Shown: positions 26,325 through 40,543 of the stretch, piece after piece
Layout: each line of letters begins with the position of its first letter
How positions within the stretch are numbered: the stretch's first letter is position 1
Assembly: GCA_951406725.2 (NCBI GenBank)
Contig: OX597828.1
Span: 62,001 to 126,000 of the forward strand
DNA length: 64,000 bases
Source: Octopus vulgaris
Taxonomy: Eukaryota
Direction: 5' to 3'
The notes under the pieces: generated by a model
What the model was told of the DNA's origin: nothing
The model's database searches: none
Seen by the model: the letters and a program-made list of their open reading frames with translations, nothing else
Program-made: the position numbers and the translations under genes

Positions 26325-26730
26325 ATCATCATCGTAATCATCATCATTTAACGTCTGCTTACCAAGTTGTTACGGGTTAAACCGTTCGACTCGGACCGGT
26401 AAGTCGGAGACCTGCACCAGTTTCCACACGTTTGCTGAGGTGTGGTTTGTTTGGCTGGATGCCCTTCCTAACGCCAACCACTTTACAGAGTGTGGACTGG
26501 GTGCTTTTACGTGTCAATAGCACTGGCAATGACCACGAATCACTTAGCAAATCTCCAAAAACCTCAGTCACTTATGGACTCCGTGAGATTCAACAACCGA
26601 AGATCATATTTCACCATGTCCAACGTCCTCCTGGGTCCACCCATTACACAGGTTCACTCTACAATTAAAGATCGACACTTCTTTACGAAGCTGTCCTCAA
26701 CCATACGCATCACATGACCATACCAGCGCC
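26325..26730 (-). mobile_element. RTE-type LINE 3' remnant
   Basis: Minus strand encodes RWYGHVMR; (GAT)n tail; ggatgcccttcctaacgccaacc segment in the 3' region. Confidence 0.6.
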
Positions 26731-26759
26731 GTCATTGCACGGCATTGCACGGCGCTTGA

Positions 26760-27903
26760 CGGAAGGACAGGTTAAATTGCTTGGAGTCTGGTTCGGTCTG
26801 AACTTCAAGGTGGATAAGAATTAGGTGATGAGCAGGGTGGCCAATCTCACCCAGAGAGGAAGCTGTCCCTGAAGGGTTAGGCGGAGGTGGCAGTTGCGTA
26901 CATCGCTTTGGTCATCTAGTACCGCCTAACCGTCGTCTCATGCTCTGCTTCGTGGCTGATCAAGCTGGAGCACTTGCTCTTACAATTTCTATAGAAAGGA
27001 CGAATTCTGCTCATCAGACTGTCCATCTGTTTGTAATCAACCGCTGAGTGGAGGACCGGGCATGCCGTGGCTAATGATGCGCAGACACGTACTGATTCTG
27101 CTACATCTCCAGCGTTTTCTGAATGGTGAGTGGGTGTGGTCGCCGTTTGTCAGACAGGATTTTCCGCAGCTCATCACATTGACGGCGCTACAGTCCTGGA
27201 TAGGACAAGAAAAGTATTTGACACCCGGAGTGTCGGCAAGCACCCACAGCCTTCTGCAAGTCGGGCAATGGGTTGGTGGAGATTCCACAATGGAATTCTA
27301 TAGGGGATTAATGGTGGGTAAGAACGACGTCCTCGGGTAACTTTAGGACAGATCCGGTTATCAGCCGAGTCCATCGTGAAGATTGTCCCATCGCCTTCCT
27401 TTGGCCGGGAAGGAACAGCAGTTTTCCTCTGTGTGGTGGCTATGGCGAAGGAGGTAGCGTGGTGGACGTGACTGAGCGGACTGAAGATAGATACTCTCCT
27501 CTTCGGCCAAGTCCTCATCGACTTTTTCAAGTTGCGCTTGAGAAGAGAAATGAGAATGGAGGGGGAAGAACTGCCTCACCCGCAGTATTTTTGTTGAAAG
27601 GTAAGTGAATGTAGTGAAGATGGCGCATGTGAAGGGGCCTACTCTGAACATTCGCTTGTAAACCAGAGGAGTTGAGAAAGAGAGAGGCCTCTGCTGAGAT
27701 GCACCTGGAGGTGGGGTTTACCAAGATGTGTGGGGTGTCTCGGTTGTCCCTATGACGAACTCCCCCTTTGGAGAAATTTTACTGTTTAATTTTATTGTCA
27801 TTATTATTCATTTTATACTCGACATTGTGCTAAATCCCACTTGTCCCTTGTTTTCTATTGTCCCTTTTGCTTTTTGTTCGCCTGTTGTGGCCAATAAAGA
27901 AAA

Positions 27904-27905
<2 letters not shown>
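26760..27905 (+). pseudogene. 5'-truncated Tx1/L1-like LINE remnant
   Basis: Translations KLLGVWFG..KN*, RKLSLKG*AEV and GGPGMPWL resemble L1/Tx1 post-RT motifs; many stops; ends in aataaa before (TTA)n. Confidence 0.7.
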
Positions 27906-27963
<58 letters not shown>

Positions 27964-27964
<1 letters not shown>

Positions 27965-28120
27965 GGCGGCGAATTGGCTGAACGCTAACATGCTGAGTAA
28001 AATGCTTAGCGGCATTTCGTCCGTTTTTACGTTCTGGGTTCAAATTCCGCCGAAGTCGACTTAGCCTTTTATTCTCAGAGAAATCTGGACTCAGAACGTG
28101 AAGACGGAAGAAATGCCTAT
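27964..28120 (+). mobile_element. SINE family A 5' part with inverted fragment
   Basis: ggcggcgaattggc...gttcaaattccgccgaagtcgac, followed by reverse-oriented actcagaacgt. Confidence 0.7.
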
Positions 28121-29510
28121 TGTTTGGTCGAAAATTGGATGTTGTGGTTTTTAGAATTATAGGTACAAACGAAAAGAATTATGCTTTTGTTTTTGTCTTC
28201 ACCTTCTTTGTGCTAGCTTCTCTGTGAGATAGAAACTGGAATCGCTTTTGATATTGTTATGGTATGTTTTATTAATTTTTTCTGGACGTGTTGTGTGAAA
28301 TAATTGAACAAGACAAAATCAAAAGCGAAACACAAAATTTCACTTACTACATCACGTGGCCAAAATGCAATGTGAATTATATTGGCCAAATGGGATCAAA
28401 ATGAATTGAACGGGTTTGAGTACATAAACAACAAATCAAAGATTCATCTCTTAGAATGGTTCCATGTAGTGAGTATATTTGTGCAGGCGGAAAATTTGAA
28501 ATACCTCCTTTTTAAAAATAAAGAAAAGAATCAGCTACGAAAGGCATAAGAATTGTAAATCAGAAACGAACACCGGAAATATTCATCAGTGCTACAAATA
28601 TCAACTTCCTCTATACAAAGTGCATCATAACACGTGTTTGCACAATACGAAGGTCTTCCAAAAGATTTTCTGAAGGTGGTAGAGGTGGTGATGGAGGTGG
28701 TGGCGGTGGTGGTGGTAATGAAGGTTGTAATGGTGATGGTGGTGATCTTGATGTTGGTGGTGGTGATGGCTGTGTGTGTGTGGGGGGGTGATGGAGGTTT
28801 TGAGGTTGGTGGTGTTGGTAGTAGAGGTAGTGTTGGTGGTAATGGAGGTGGTGGTGGCAGTATTGGTGTTGGTGGTAGTGGTGGTGATCTTGTTGGTGGT
28901 GGTGTTGGTGGCGGGGGTGATAGTGGTGGCGGTCTTGGTGTTGGTGCTAGAGCTGATGATGGTGGTGGTAATATAGTGTTGATGTTTTTGTTGTTGGTGG
29001 AGGTGGTAACGTTGATGTTGTTGTAGTGGGGTTCAAGGTGGTGCTGTTTAGCCCTAAGTCAGATGTAACAAACCAGAGTTATGATCAAAAGTGTTTTTGC
29101 TGTGATCTGAGCGTCTTTTATTCAGGCATAGTGCATCTAGAAGTAAATTAGTTGATGCGTCTCCAGCCGCGACCACCACTAACACCATTACAACAACTAT
29201 ACTACAACTACCACCACCCATTCAACCACGGCAACGACCATCACCATCACCTGTCTACTCCCACCCCGCCACCACTCACAACAACAACAACAACAATAAG
29301 AAAGAGAGAAAGAGAGTAAAGCCATTGTTGGTGTGTAGAGATGTCTTAGATAAATTCTTCACTGATTCTAAATCCAGGTGGAATTTGTTTAAAAGCTTCT
29401 GATGGTGGTAGTGGTGGTGGTAGTGGTGGTGGTTAGAGCTCGGTGGTGGTGGTGGTCGCGGGGACTGTCTAAATATCAGTGAGTTTATGCGTCTGAGTGG
29501 TTTGCATGTA

Positions 29511-29560
<50 letters not shown>

Positions 29561-31434
29561 CTAATGAAGTCCTTTACATTTGCCAGAGAAACAACAGCAA
29601 CTCGAATGAAATTCTCAAGGATTACGTAACGTCAGCTGAAGGAGAAAAAACATACCGTAACCTTGGCAACAGAAAGAGGGGCTGGAGGCAGGTCATGTTA
29701 ATGAAGCTGGTAGTGATGCAGTATTAATGAGAGTGGCGCTGGTTTGAGGCTAGTGCCAGATCAACCATAATTAAAGACGTTCCAGCTGTGACCACCCAGT
29801 CTTTTATTCAGTGTTTCTAGACCTACATTCTATCATATACCTTTTCTATTTTGAGACAGCAAAGAAGGGATTTGGTTGTTGTTTTTAGAAAATTGAGATG
29901 ACACGAACAAACTCTCATGGTGTCAGATCTTTACCTTTTTTTTTATCCGCTCAACCACAACCGCCGAGAGGATGAAATGCAGAGTTGACCTTAAAGATCC
30001 GAGACAAAACGCATTTTTACCAATGCTCTAATTCTGACAGCTCGTCGGTAGTTTTAATAATGGTGGCAATGGTGATGGTAGGACCTTGATAGTTTTTGAA
30101 ATGGCCGTCGTGTTCATGGTGGTGGTGGTGGTGGTGATGGTGGTGGTGGATTAGGAGTCATATATCTGTGAAAAGAGTGAGCAGGCGTTGTGAAATACTG
30201 GAATCTTGTATCAAATTGAAGTCATTGGATGACGACCAGGAAATGAAGGTCACAGGGTCAAAATATTGGAACGAAGGTGACAGTGTCAGGACCACGACTT
30301 ACAAAAAGAACTGAAAAACAGCAAATAATATCTCCAGTTCCTCACAGAACCAAAAGCAGTCAAAGATCAACAGTCAGGAAATCTTAGTCCTGCAACAGAA
30401 ACAAAATACATTTTTCTTTTTATGAGACAAGGGAGATTACCGAACAAGCTTCAACTGACACACAATAGGTAGACCTATTTTGCTTTCGTTTGATTTTATT
30501 TCAAACGATAGCAAAATATCAGAATTTCACAAAAATGAAACACTTAAATTTTACGGACAAAAATATCGTGAATAAAGAAAACATAATAAATTCTTGCTAA
30601 AATTTTATCGCAGAAAAATCAAGATTTTCCTTCCGACCAGTCTTCATACATATCGAAAATCTCATATACGAGTTTAATATTTTCCACAAAATATTTATGT
30701 AGAGGTGGCGAAAGAAATGTATGGAGGTGAGATGGTCTTTATAGATGTAGTGGAATCTCATATGAGATTTCCTGAAAAGATATTCTATAACAGACAAACA
30801 AGTAGAACCTTCATTGAATTAGTTAACTATTTAACCAATTGAATTGGTTAACTATTACCAATTAAATTTATTGCTTGCTTGGTTAGTCATTCAGTTAACT
30901 AATCAATCAATAAGTTATGTTTATCAAAGTCCTTTGATCGCTATTCGCAACACTTTTAATGACAAGCCATTCTCTAATCCAGATCAAGAACCTTGCAAAC
31001 GAAATATAAAAACGAAAATTGATTTATGGTTTTAGAAAATGTACAATCCTAACAGAATCATCTCTTTATACAACAGTTCGCGCAATGATATAGAATCTAT
31101 TTTACCCTGATATCAACTTAGCTTTATACAATAGCTCACTCAATACAGATTTACATTTTACCAATAAAATAATACTTTTGTATCGAGGGTATCCTTGTCT
31201 CGCATGTGCTTTCATCTGACACCATGTACTGAAAGTAAAGCAGTTACATCACAAAAAACACATATTGACCACACAAAGACTATTATTTGGCACCAAAACT
31301 GTCGTCGCCACAAAACTTTTGGCCCTATAACAATTCTTAAGTGAGGTTAACAGTACAGTTCTATATTTAAGAGATGAGGAATTATTTACGTTATTTGCAT
31401 TTGACCGATACTTGTCCTCCTCTTGTTTGTTGTT

Positions 31435-31480
31435 AACACAACGTTTCGACTGATATACCCTCTAGTCTTCATCAAGTGTC
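31435..31480 (-). ncRNA. Minimal type I hammerhead-like motif
   Basis: GACAC-TTGATGA-A-GACT..AGTC-GAAAC-GT-T-GTGTT; C3 is T. Confidence 0.7.
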
Positions 31481-31543
31481 TTGGGGAAATTTCGAACCTG
31501 AGTTCTCATTCCTAATTAGAACCCAGGTTCGAAATTTCTTCAA

Positions 31544-31583
31544 GACACCTGATGAAGGCTGGAGGGTATATCAGCCGAAACGT
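31544..31583 (+). ncRNA. Minimal hammerhead motif with canonical core, truncated at the cleavage site
   Basis: GACAC-CTGATGA-A-GGCTG(gagggtatat)CAGCC-GAAAC-GT; the 3' strand of helix I is absent. Confidence 0.75.
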
Positions 31584-31988
31584 AGAGGTTAACAGTATTT
31601 GTATTTTTGCCTGGTTAATGTGTTTTTCATGCTGTAATGTCTGTTAATTTTTAGTAATTTTTGATAAAAATGGTTCCTCAAACATCGTCAAATTAAAAGA
31701 GTGTTTTGGACTGAACAGTTTCCAGACCTAAATTCCTTTGAAAAATTATTGCAGGTCTTTTAGTCAACTGTGGAATAAATAAATAAACTTTTATAAATGA
31801 TGTAAGCCTCATGTCGACTGGCCGTTTATTTGATTTAATTAACAAAGGAGAGAATCTTCTTGTTAGGTATTTATTTTTTTCGCGTTAGTGAAGTGAAAAG
31901 GATAAAATATATAGTGTATATTTATGCGTTAATTTAATTTTCTTTTTCTTTTCTCTTTTCACTGCAGTTTTAGCGTTTTTAATATTCG

Positions 31989-32028
31989 TATACAGCCGCT
32001 GTTTCGGTGTGGTTGGATCTCTTCAGTA
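31989..32028 (-). ncRNA. Degenerate hammerhead-like motif
   Basis: TA-CTGAAGA-gat..acc-GAAAC-AGC(G)GCT-GTA-TA. Intact core and stem III; weak helices I and II. Confidence 0.5.
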
Positions 32029-33178
32029 AGGAGTAACGAAAAATATCAGTGTCTAATAATCAGCTGAAAGTAAATCTTTATTTGTGGCACTTCATACAAG
32101 TAGATGTTGTTGTTGATGATGATGTTGTTTAGCCCCAGTTATGTCCTACCCGAATAGATAAATGAACAAAGGCATTCCAGACATGATCGTCCCGTCTTAT
32201 TTCAGTCATATTGACTCTAAGGCTACATTTTCGAATAGATTCTTTATTCTTAAGAATTTACACTGTATTTTGGTAGAGATGTGGCAGCTATTTGTGACAG
32301 GATGACGGATTTTGTAGAATATTCTGTCTGGTACTATTGCAACAGTTACTAACAGTCAGGTCAAACTAAATAATTTTAATCATTAAAATAATTAATTTTA
32401 ACTGTAGTTACGGTAAATTAATTAATTTTAATCACACTCTCGCTAAATAAATTGATTTTAACAACAGTTGTTAAGTTTTATTGTAAAATACAATTAAGCA
32501 TGAGTTCTTAGCGTTTTAATGATTTCACTCATTGGAATGCGATCATGCTGGAGCACTGCCCTGTAGGGTTTTGTCGGTCATATATTGTTGCCAGTGCTTA
32601 TTCTATCGTTCGCCTTTTGTCGAATTGCTATGTTACGGGTACGTAAACAAACCAACACGAGCTTTCAGACGTGGAAGGAATTTAGCAATTTTCTGCCATA
32701 ATTTTGACTGCAGAGATTTAACAAAGATTTTATAAAAAGGATAATAAAAAAGTAATTTCAAATAATCAAAGTTTTCAATGTAATTACAATTAGAGGAATT
32801 GGCCGAAGATGGCTAGAATCCAACGGTTAAGTTCAGTAAAAGAATAAAAGAGTTAATATGAAAAGAAGTCTTTACCCGCGATGGTTGAAGTAAAGGGTAC
32901 AAAGAATTAAGCATCAGTGATAGAAAGCTTTAAATTAGCGGCGAGGAATTGATGTTGGAAACGGTGAATATGAAATTTTTATTCTATATCGAGAGAATTG
33001 CTTGGAAATAATCATCAATTTTGATTAGGTAAAATTTAAAAAATACTTTTTGATTGTTTAATATGTAATTAAGTTGTGGGGATATAAAGAAACCAACACA
33101 GGTTGTCAAAAGAGAGAAACATAAAAATTCACATATTACTCACACAGACCCACATGTATGTTTGTATTTATGTGTGAA

Positions 33179-33231
<53 letters not shown>

Positions 33232-33247
33232 TCACACACACATATTC

Positions 33248-33582
33248 TTTTATTCTTTTACTAGTTTCAATCATTTGACAGCGGCGATGCTGGAGCAAAT
33301 CGACCCCAGGACTTATTACTTGAAGCGTAGTACTTATTCTATCGGTTTTTTAAACGAACCGCTAAGTTACAGGGACGTAAACACCGGTCGTCAAGCAATG
33401 ATGTCGGGACAATCACAAACACAAGGACACTCAGATAGATATGTAAATACACACACACACACACACATATATATATACGGCGGGCTTCTTTCAGTTTCCG
33501 TCTACCTAATCTAGTCACGAGGCTTTGTTCGGCCTGAAACCATATGGCTGGGAAGCTTCTTTCTAAACAGCCACTCCTGCGC

Positions 33583-33585
<3 letters not shown>
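33248..33585 (-). mobile_element. SINE family B copy
   Basis: Reverse complement of 39315-39750 with internal deletions. Confidence 0.8.
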
Positions 33586-33656
<71 letters not shown>

Positions 33657-34529
33657 GATATCGTGTGTCTGAAAGGGAGGGTAGCAATTAAGAATCCATA
33701 GATTTATACATACACATGCACACACTCATACACACAGAAAGAGAGAGGGACTATAGAACACATACATACATGTACAATATACACACCCAAATATTCAATT
33801 TATACTTTCATATACATTTGTAAATAGTGAATTCGCTATTTATCTGATGATGATGATGATGATAATGATGATGATGATGATGTGTGTGTGTGTGTGTGTA
33901 GAAGCATTATAATTCTACAGATTTTGTTTTGTCAAAATTTGTTTCATGATCGTCAACTGGGACCAACCTTCTTTATACAGATACGTAATCATCATCACCA
34001 TCATCATTATCAACAACACAGCAACTACTAAAAAAACCTGTTGATTGAAGATAAACTCGTTTGACAAATAATATCAACAAAAATGATGATGATGATGATG
34101 ATGATGAGGAGGAGGAGGAGGAGGAAGAGGAGGGGGGTATAGAAAACTTATAATGTTGCTGATAGTGATGATGTTAATGATGATGTTGATGATGATTGGT
34201 GTTTAACTAACGGGTGGTTCAGCTATGATTAAATAATAATAATAATAATAATAATAATGACAATAATAATAATGGTGATAATAATTTTTTCTACCATAGG
34301 CAAGGAATTTGGTGTCTACTAACCTTAACGTTATCACTGCCATCATCACCATCACCACCACCACCACCACCACCACTACCACCACCGTTAATAACAACAA
34401 CAACAACAGCAACGTAATCATCATCGTTACCAACTACCCTGACACCGGCACGATTATGACTCCTCCTCCTATCGCCACCACAACTAACGCTCGTATCTCA
34501 ACACCGCCAGTGCCACTTAAACCACAACC

Positions 34530-34795
34530 ATCTTAGGCCTGTCCCGAGTCCCAGGACTCATAAAGCAGGGGATTAACCCGGCTTCCATGGCATATGATTA
34601 AGATTACAGCACATCCTCACCCTGGATGGGATGCTGATCCACCGCAGAGTTAACTTTCCGTCTATTACTGGAACTCATTTACGGGTGAGTGGAATGGAGC
34701 AACGTGAAATTGTTTTACCCAAGAACAGAATACACTGCTCGATTCGGGAATCGAAACCACAGTCTTATAGTCAGTAGGTCAACCGCCTCTCACCA
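34530..34795 (-). mobile_element. Diverged tRNA-derived SINE (V-domain-like)
   Basis: Minus strand has tggt..gaggcggttgac..gtggtttcgattcccg (B box), then tcttgggtaaaaca...gctccattccactcacc.gtaaatgagt. Confidence 0.55.
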
Positions 34796-37384
34796 ATATT
34801 AGCACCATTTAGCCCACCATTGCCATATCACACATTTCTAAAGACCATCCTCTACACAGCAAATAGACAATGGAGGTCCATCGGGACGTGTGTAAGTCAG
34901 CCTTTACTGCTGCAGCAAACATCCGCTTTCCCACAATCCCTGCCGCAAACAACACTTCCACAAGGCCATCTTAGCAACACTATTCCTCTCTAGATACACA
35001 CTGCTCTTATATAAACACTCACCTCCTCCCAAAACTCTCAATATACCGCAATAACATGATCCCGACATTTTCCCTGTCTCCACATCCCTCTCATCACATC
35101 CCTCTCATATTACTACAACAACATCCTAACAAGACAACAGATTCTACGCTGAATCGAGAGCAACAGATCAGTGAAATGAAAGTTAACATTTCTCCGTTTG
35201 ACCGGATACAGAAGACATATTGGTGGTCACTAAGAAAGGGTGGAAAGGTCACTGGTCAGTGAGATGAGACAGAACACGTCTTGTTTGATGTTGATCAACA
35301 GAGACGCATTGGTGGATAGGGAGGAGGAGGAGGAGGAGGAAAGAAAATTCAAGATGGTGAAAGAAGGTGTTTGCTTCTATTTTGTTTGAGATGTTGAAAG
35401 TGAGATGGTCAAACAAGAATCGAAACCGGACCGCTGTTTCGTTTACCTCATGTTCTATGCTATACATGATACAGTTTCAATAAATACTTTTTAAAAATTT
35501 TTCTTCCAAATTAAGAAACCCCTGCCCCACTACATTTGGCACAAAAATTGGAACACCTGACATTTAGCATGCATTCAAGAAACGTTCTATGAAGTGCATT
35601 CACGCAACAGTCAATGCCCATTCACGCAAAAACCCCGCGTTCATTGACGTTTATGCAACATTCCATGTGTTTGTGCATCTCCATAACATTTTATGTGCAT
35701 TCACATGGCAATGCTATGTACATTCACGTAGCAGTGTTTGTTTATTCTCATATGATTCTTCATTCATTCACATAACAGCCCATGTTTATTCACATAACAA
35801 TCTATGTGCTGCTCGAATCGTGTGGTATATTGCTTTCTTGAAACAACACTAAAGTTTTCAGTTATTCTGCCCAGAGTAATCAGGTAATCCCACTTTGCCA
35901 ACCTGAATCAAGAGAACAATCCTCAATTACCCAATATAAGCTATCGTTGTTTCCCCTGTTTCTTGTCCCCAAACATTGGTGTCTTTCACATCCCCGTCAG
36001 ACCTGTTTACAGTCTGCTACACGGTACATTCGAGTGGTACCCATTTACATCTAAATGGATTATGACTTCATACAGCTAGACTGGAGTACACCGACCCCCA
36101 TTTAATCTACTCACACTGAGAGTGGACAGCGCCATCACATGTTTATTTGAAAATGTGTTGGACTGTATCATCTCCAAATGGCTCTTATTTTCAGTTTCTT
36201 ATTCTCAGTTCAGTGACCACATTTACTGACAAGTTACTCTCACCCCAAATCTATAAATACATTCTACTAATTGCCTTGTAAGGAAAATCGATAACAAAAA
36301 TTAACGAATAACTAAGCACTTAGAAGTGGTGGTGGTGGGGATATTTTTTCTTATAATGTCGCCGCTGTCTTCCGTCTATCGGGAAATGTACAAATGTGTG
36401 GTGCCTAACTACAACCAGGTGAACTGAGCCGTCGACAGTTAAATTTGTGTTTTCACAGGAGCAAAGGTATTATCCAAAAACATTTTTTTAAGGTAGGAAT
36501 TCTCTGCGCGGTGAAGGAAAGGAGAACGTTATTGTCAGACTTTCAACAGAATGGATTCCGCTAGGGGACGGATGGGTAGGGGACGGATGGTGGATAACAG
36601 ATTAAATCTACCCTCCAAGAATAGGAATAGGATAGGAATCGCTCTATCTATAATCTGTATGCCTTCTTCTTTACGACCACCTCACTAATTTAGACCGTCC
36701 AATAAAGGGAGCCTCTACCTGGTCGAAAGATCTGCAGGAAATAGCAGTCAAATCTATCTCGTATCGTCCGCAATTTCGTAGCGAAATGGAAAATGTGGTG
36801 TTGGGTTCTTTGCACATAGGACAAATGACGGGATATTCATGGATGGAACGCCTTTAGACATAGGTCAGTCCAAAAAGAACTGACCTGAGAGTAAACAGCA
36901 AGAACGACAACAACAATAATTCATACTAACCAACAGAGAATTCCGCGTTCTTTTGTTTGAGCTGCTAGAAACAACAGCCAAATTTCTCTCAACTCACACA
37001 TCCTACCCCAACCCCACCTCATAAAGAAACGAAGAGATTAGATAACCTGATCCCAGACTTAATCCTAAGAAATAAAATTGACGAAAACAGTTTTCATAGT
37101 TCCCTGCCTGTAAGAAGGTAGGTTGGGCACGGTTGGACTTCATTTTCCCCATAAGTTTACTCGTTCAGAGATCACTTGGGGTTGGACAGCAACAGCTACC
37201 AGTTTAAACCAGTTTTATTTTTTTATATTGGACTTTTTAAAAAACATTTTTTAGTCTGATACACCAACGCCCTCACACCACCACCGCCAATAACAACAAC
37301 AATAGCAATAGTAAAAAGGTAAAGAGAATCCACCTTTCCTTCAACACCACACCCTTGGATCTCACCTACACCATTTCATAGAAG

Positions 37385-38226
<842 letters not shown>

Positions 38227-38443
38227 ATTTCGCTCTTTCATTAACTGTCAACTACCCCCCCTCTCTCTCTCCTTCCCCCTCTCTCTCTCCCTAATGTATA
38301 TCTCTTCCTCTTTATTTTTGCTCTTTCATTTTTCCCGTTATTTTCCTTTATAAATCAATGTTTATGAAAAAGATATAATTCTTCAGATGTGATTAAATAT
38401 TAAAATTTAATGATTTTATAATACATGTATATAAACCAACATA

Positions 38444-38550
<107 letters not shown>

Positions 38551-38869
38551 ATGTACACACATACATAACATTCATACATAAACAGACGCATTTTCTGTAT
38601 ATGTACGTACGTATGTATCTATGTATGTACGCATTAATGTATCATCTTTTCATATTTAAAATAAATTTACATTGTAAAAACAGCACGTGCAATTTCATTG
38701 TATCTGTGTGTGTGTAATAATTTGCTTTAATTATCATCCCTGACCCTCTGCCAAAATTTAAAAACAATATATATATACATACACACATATATGCATATAT
38801 ATACGAATTTGCACACACACACACATATATATGTATATATATATATACATATATGTGTGTATGTGCGTA

Positions 38870-39271
<402 letters not shown>

Positions 39272-39275
39272 ATAT

Positions 39276-39314
<39 letters not shown>

Positions 39315-39479
39315 GGCGCAGGAGTGACTGTGTGGTAAGTAGCTTGTTTACCAACCACATGGTTCCGGGTTCAGTCCCACTGCGTGGCACCTTGAGCAAA
39401 TATCTTCTACTATAGCCTCGGGCCGACCAAAGCCCTGTGAGTGGATTTGGTAGACGGAAACTGAAAGAAGCCCGTCGTA

Positions 39480-39537
<58 letters not shown>

Positions 39538-39750
39538 TGTGTGTGTGTCTGTGTTTGTCCCCCTAGCATTGCTTGACAACCGATGCTGGTGTGTTTATGT
39601 CCCCGTTACTTAGCGGTTCGGCAAAAGAGACCGATAGAATAAGTACTGGGCTTAGAAAAGAATAAGTCCCGGGATCGAGTTGCTCGATTAAAAGCGGTGC
39701 TCCAGCATGGCGGCAGTCAAATGACTGAAACAAGTAAAGAGTAAAAGAGT
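39315..39750 (+). mobile_element. SINE family B, full-length, with internal (TA)n(TG)n
   Basis: tRNA-like head (tgtgtggtaag...gggttcagtccc), caccttg.gcaa core and tail ending gtaaagagtaaaagag; about 10 related copies in the window. Confidence 0.88.
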
Positions 39751-39796
39751 ATATATATATATTGGCTAAACTGGCAAAATGACCATTCCGAAATAT

Positions 39797-39853
<57 letters not shown>

Positions 39854-40314
39854 TACATAAATATACATTTATATATAAATATATATAAATATATATATGC
39901 ATGTATATGTATATATATATGTATGTATGTATATATATATATATATACATATACATTTATATATATATATTTATACATATTTGTATATATATATATATAT
40001 ATATATACATATACATTTATATATATATATTTATACACGAGCGAGAAAGAAGCAACAAGAATGCATAGGTTTTTAGGACAATCGTTTTTGGTGCATCTAA
40101 GTTAGGTATCATATTCAAGTAAATTCATTTAAATTAACTTGAATCTTTATTGCTTTTTGTATATATTTATACATATATTTATATGTATGTATGTATACAC
40201 ACACACACACACATACACACACATATATATATATATATACATATACATTTATATGTAAATATATATATGCATGTATATGTATATATATATATGTATGTAT
40301 ACATATACATATAC

Positions 40315-40352
<38 letters not shown>

Positions 40353-40357
40353 GTAAG

Positions 40358-40397
<40 letters not shown>

Positions 40398-40433
40398 CAT
40401 ATATATTTATATGTAAATATATATTTATGCATG

Positions 40434-40469
<36 letters not shown>

Positions 40470-40543
40470 TGTATGTATGTATGTATATAGGTATACCTAT
40501 ATGGTCATACATAGAAGCATGAAGCCATCTATTTATAGACAGA

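Larger units (their letters stand above)
31356..31584. mobile_element. Penelope-like insertion with inverted 66-bp arms and 13-bp TSD
   Basis: GAGGTTAACAGTA at 31343-31355 and 31585-31597; arms 31441-31506 and 31518-31583. Confidence 0.85.
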
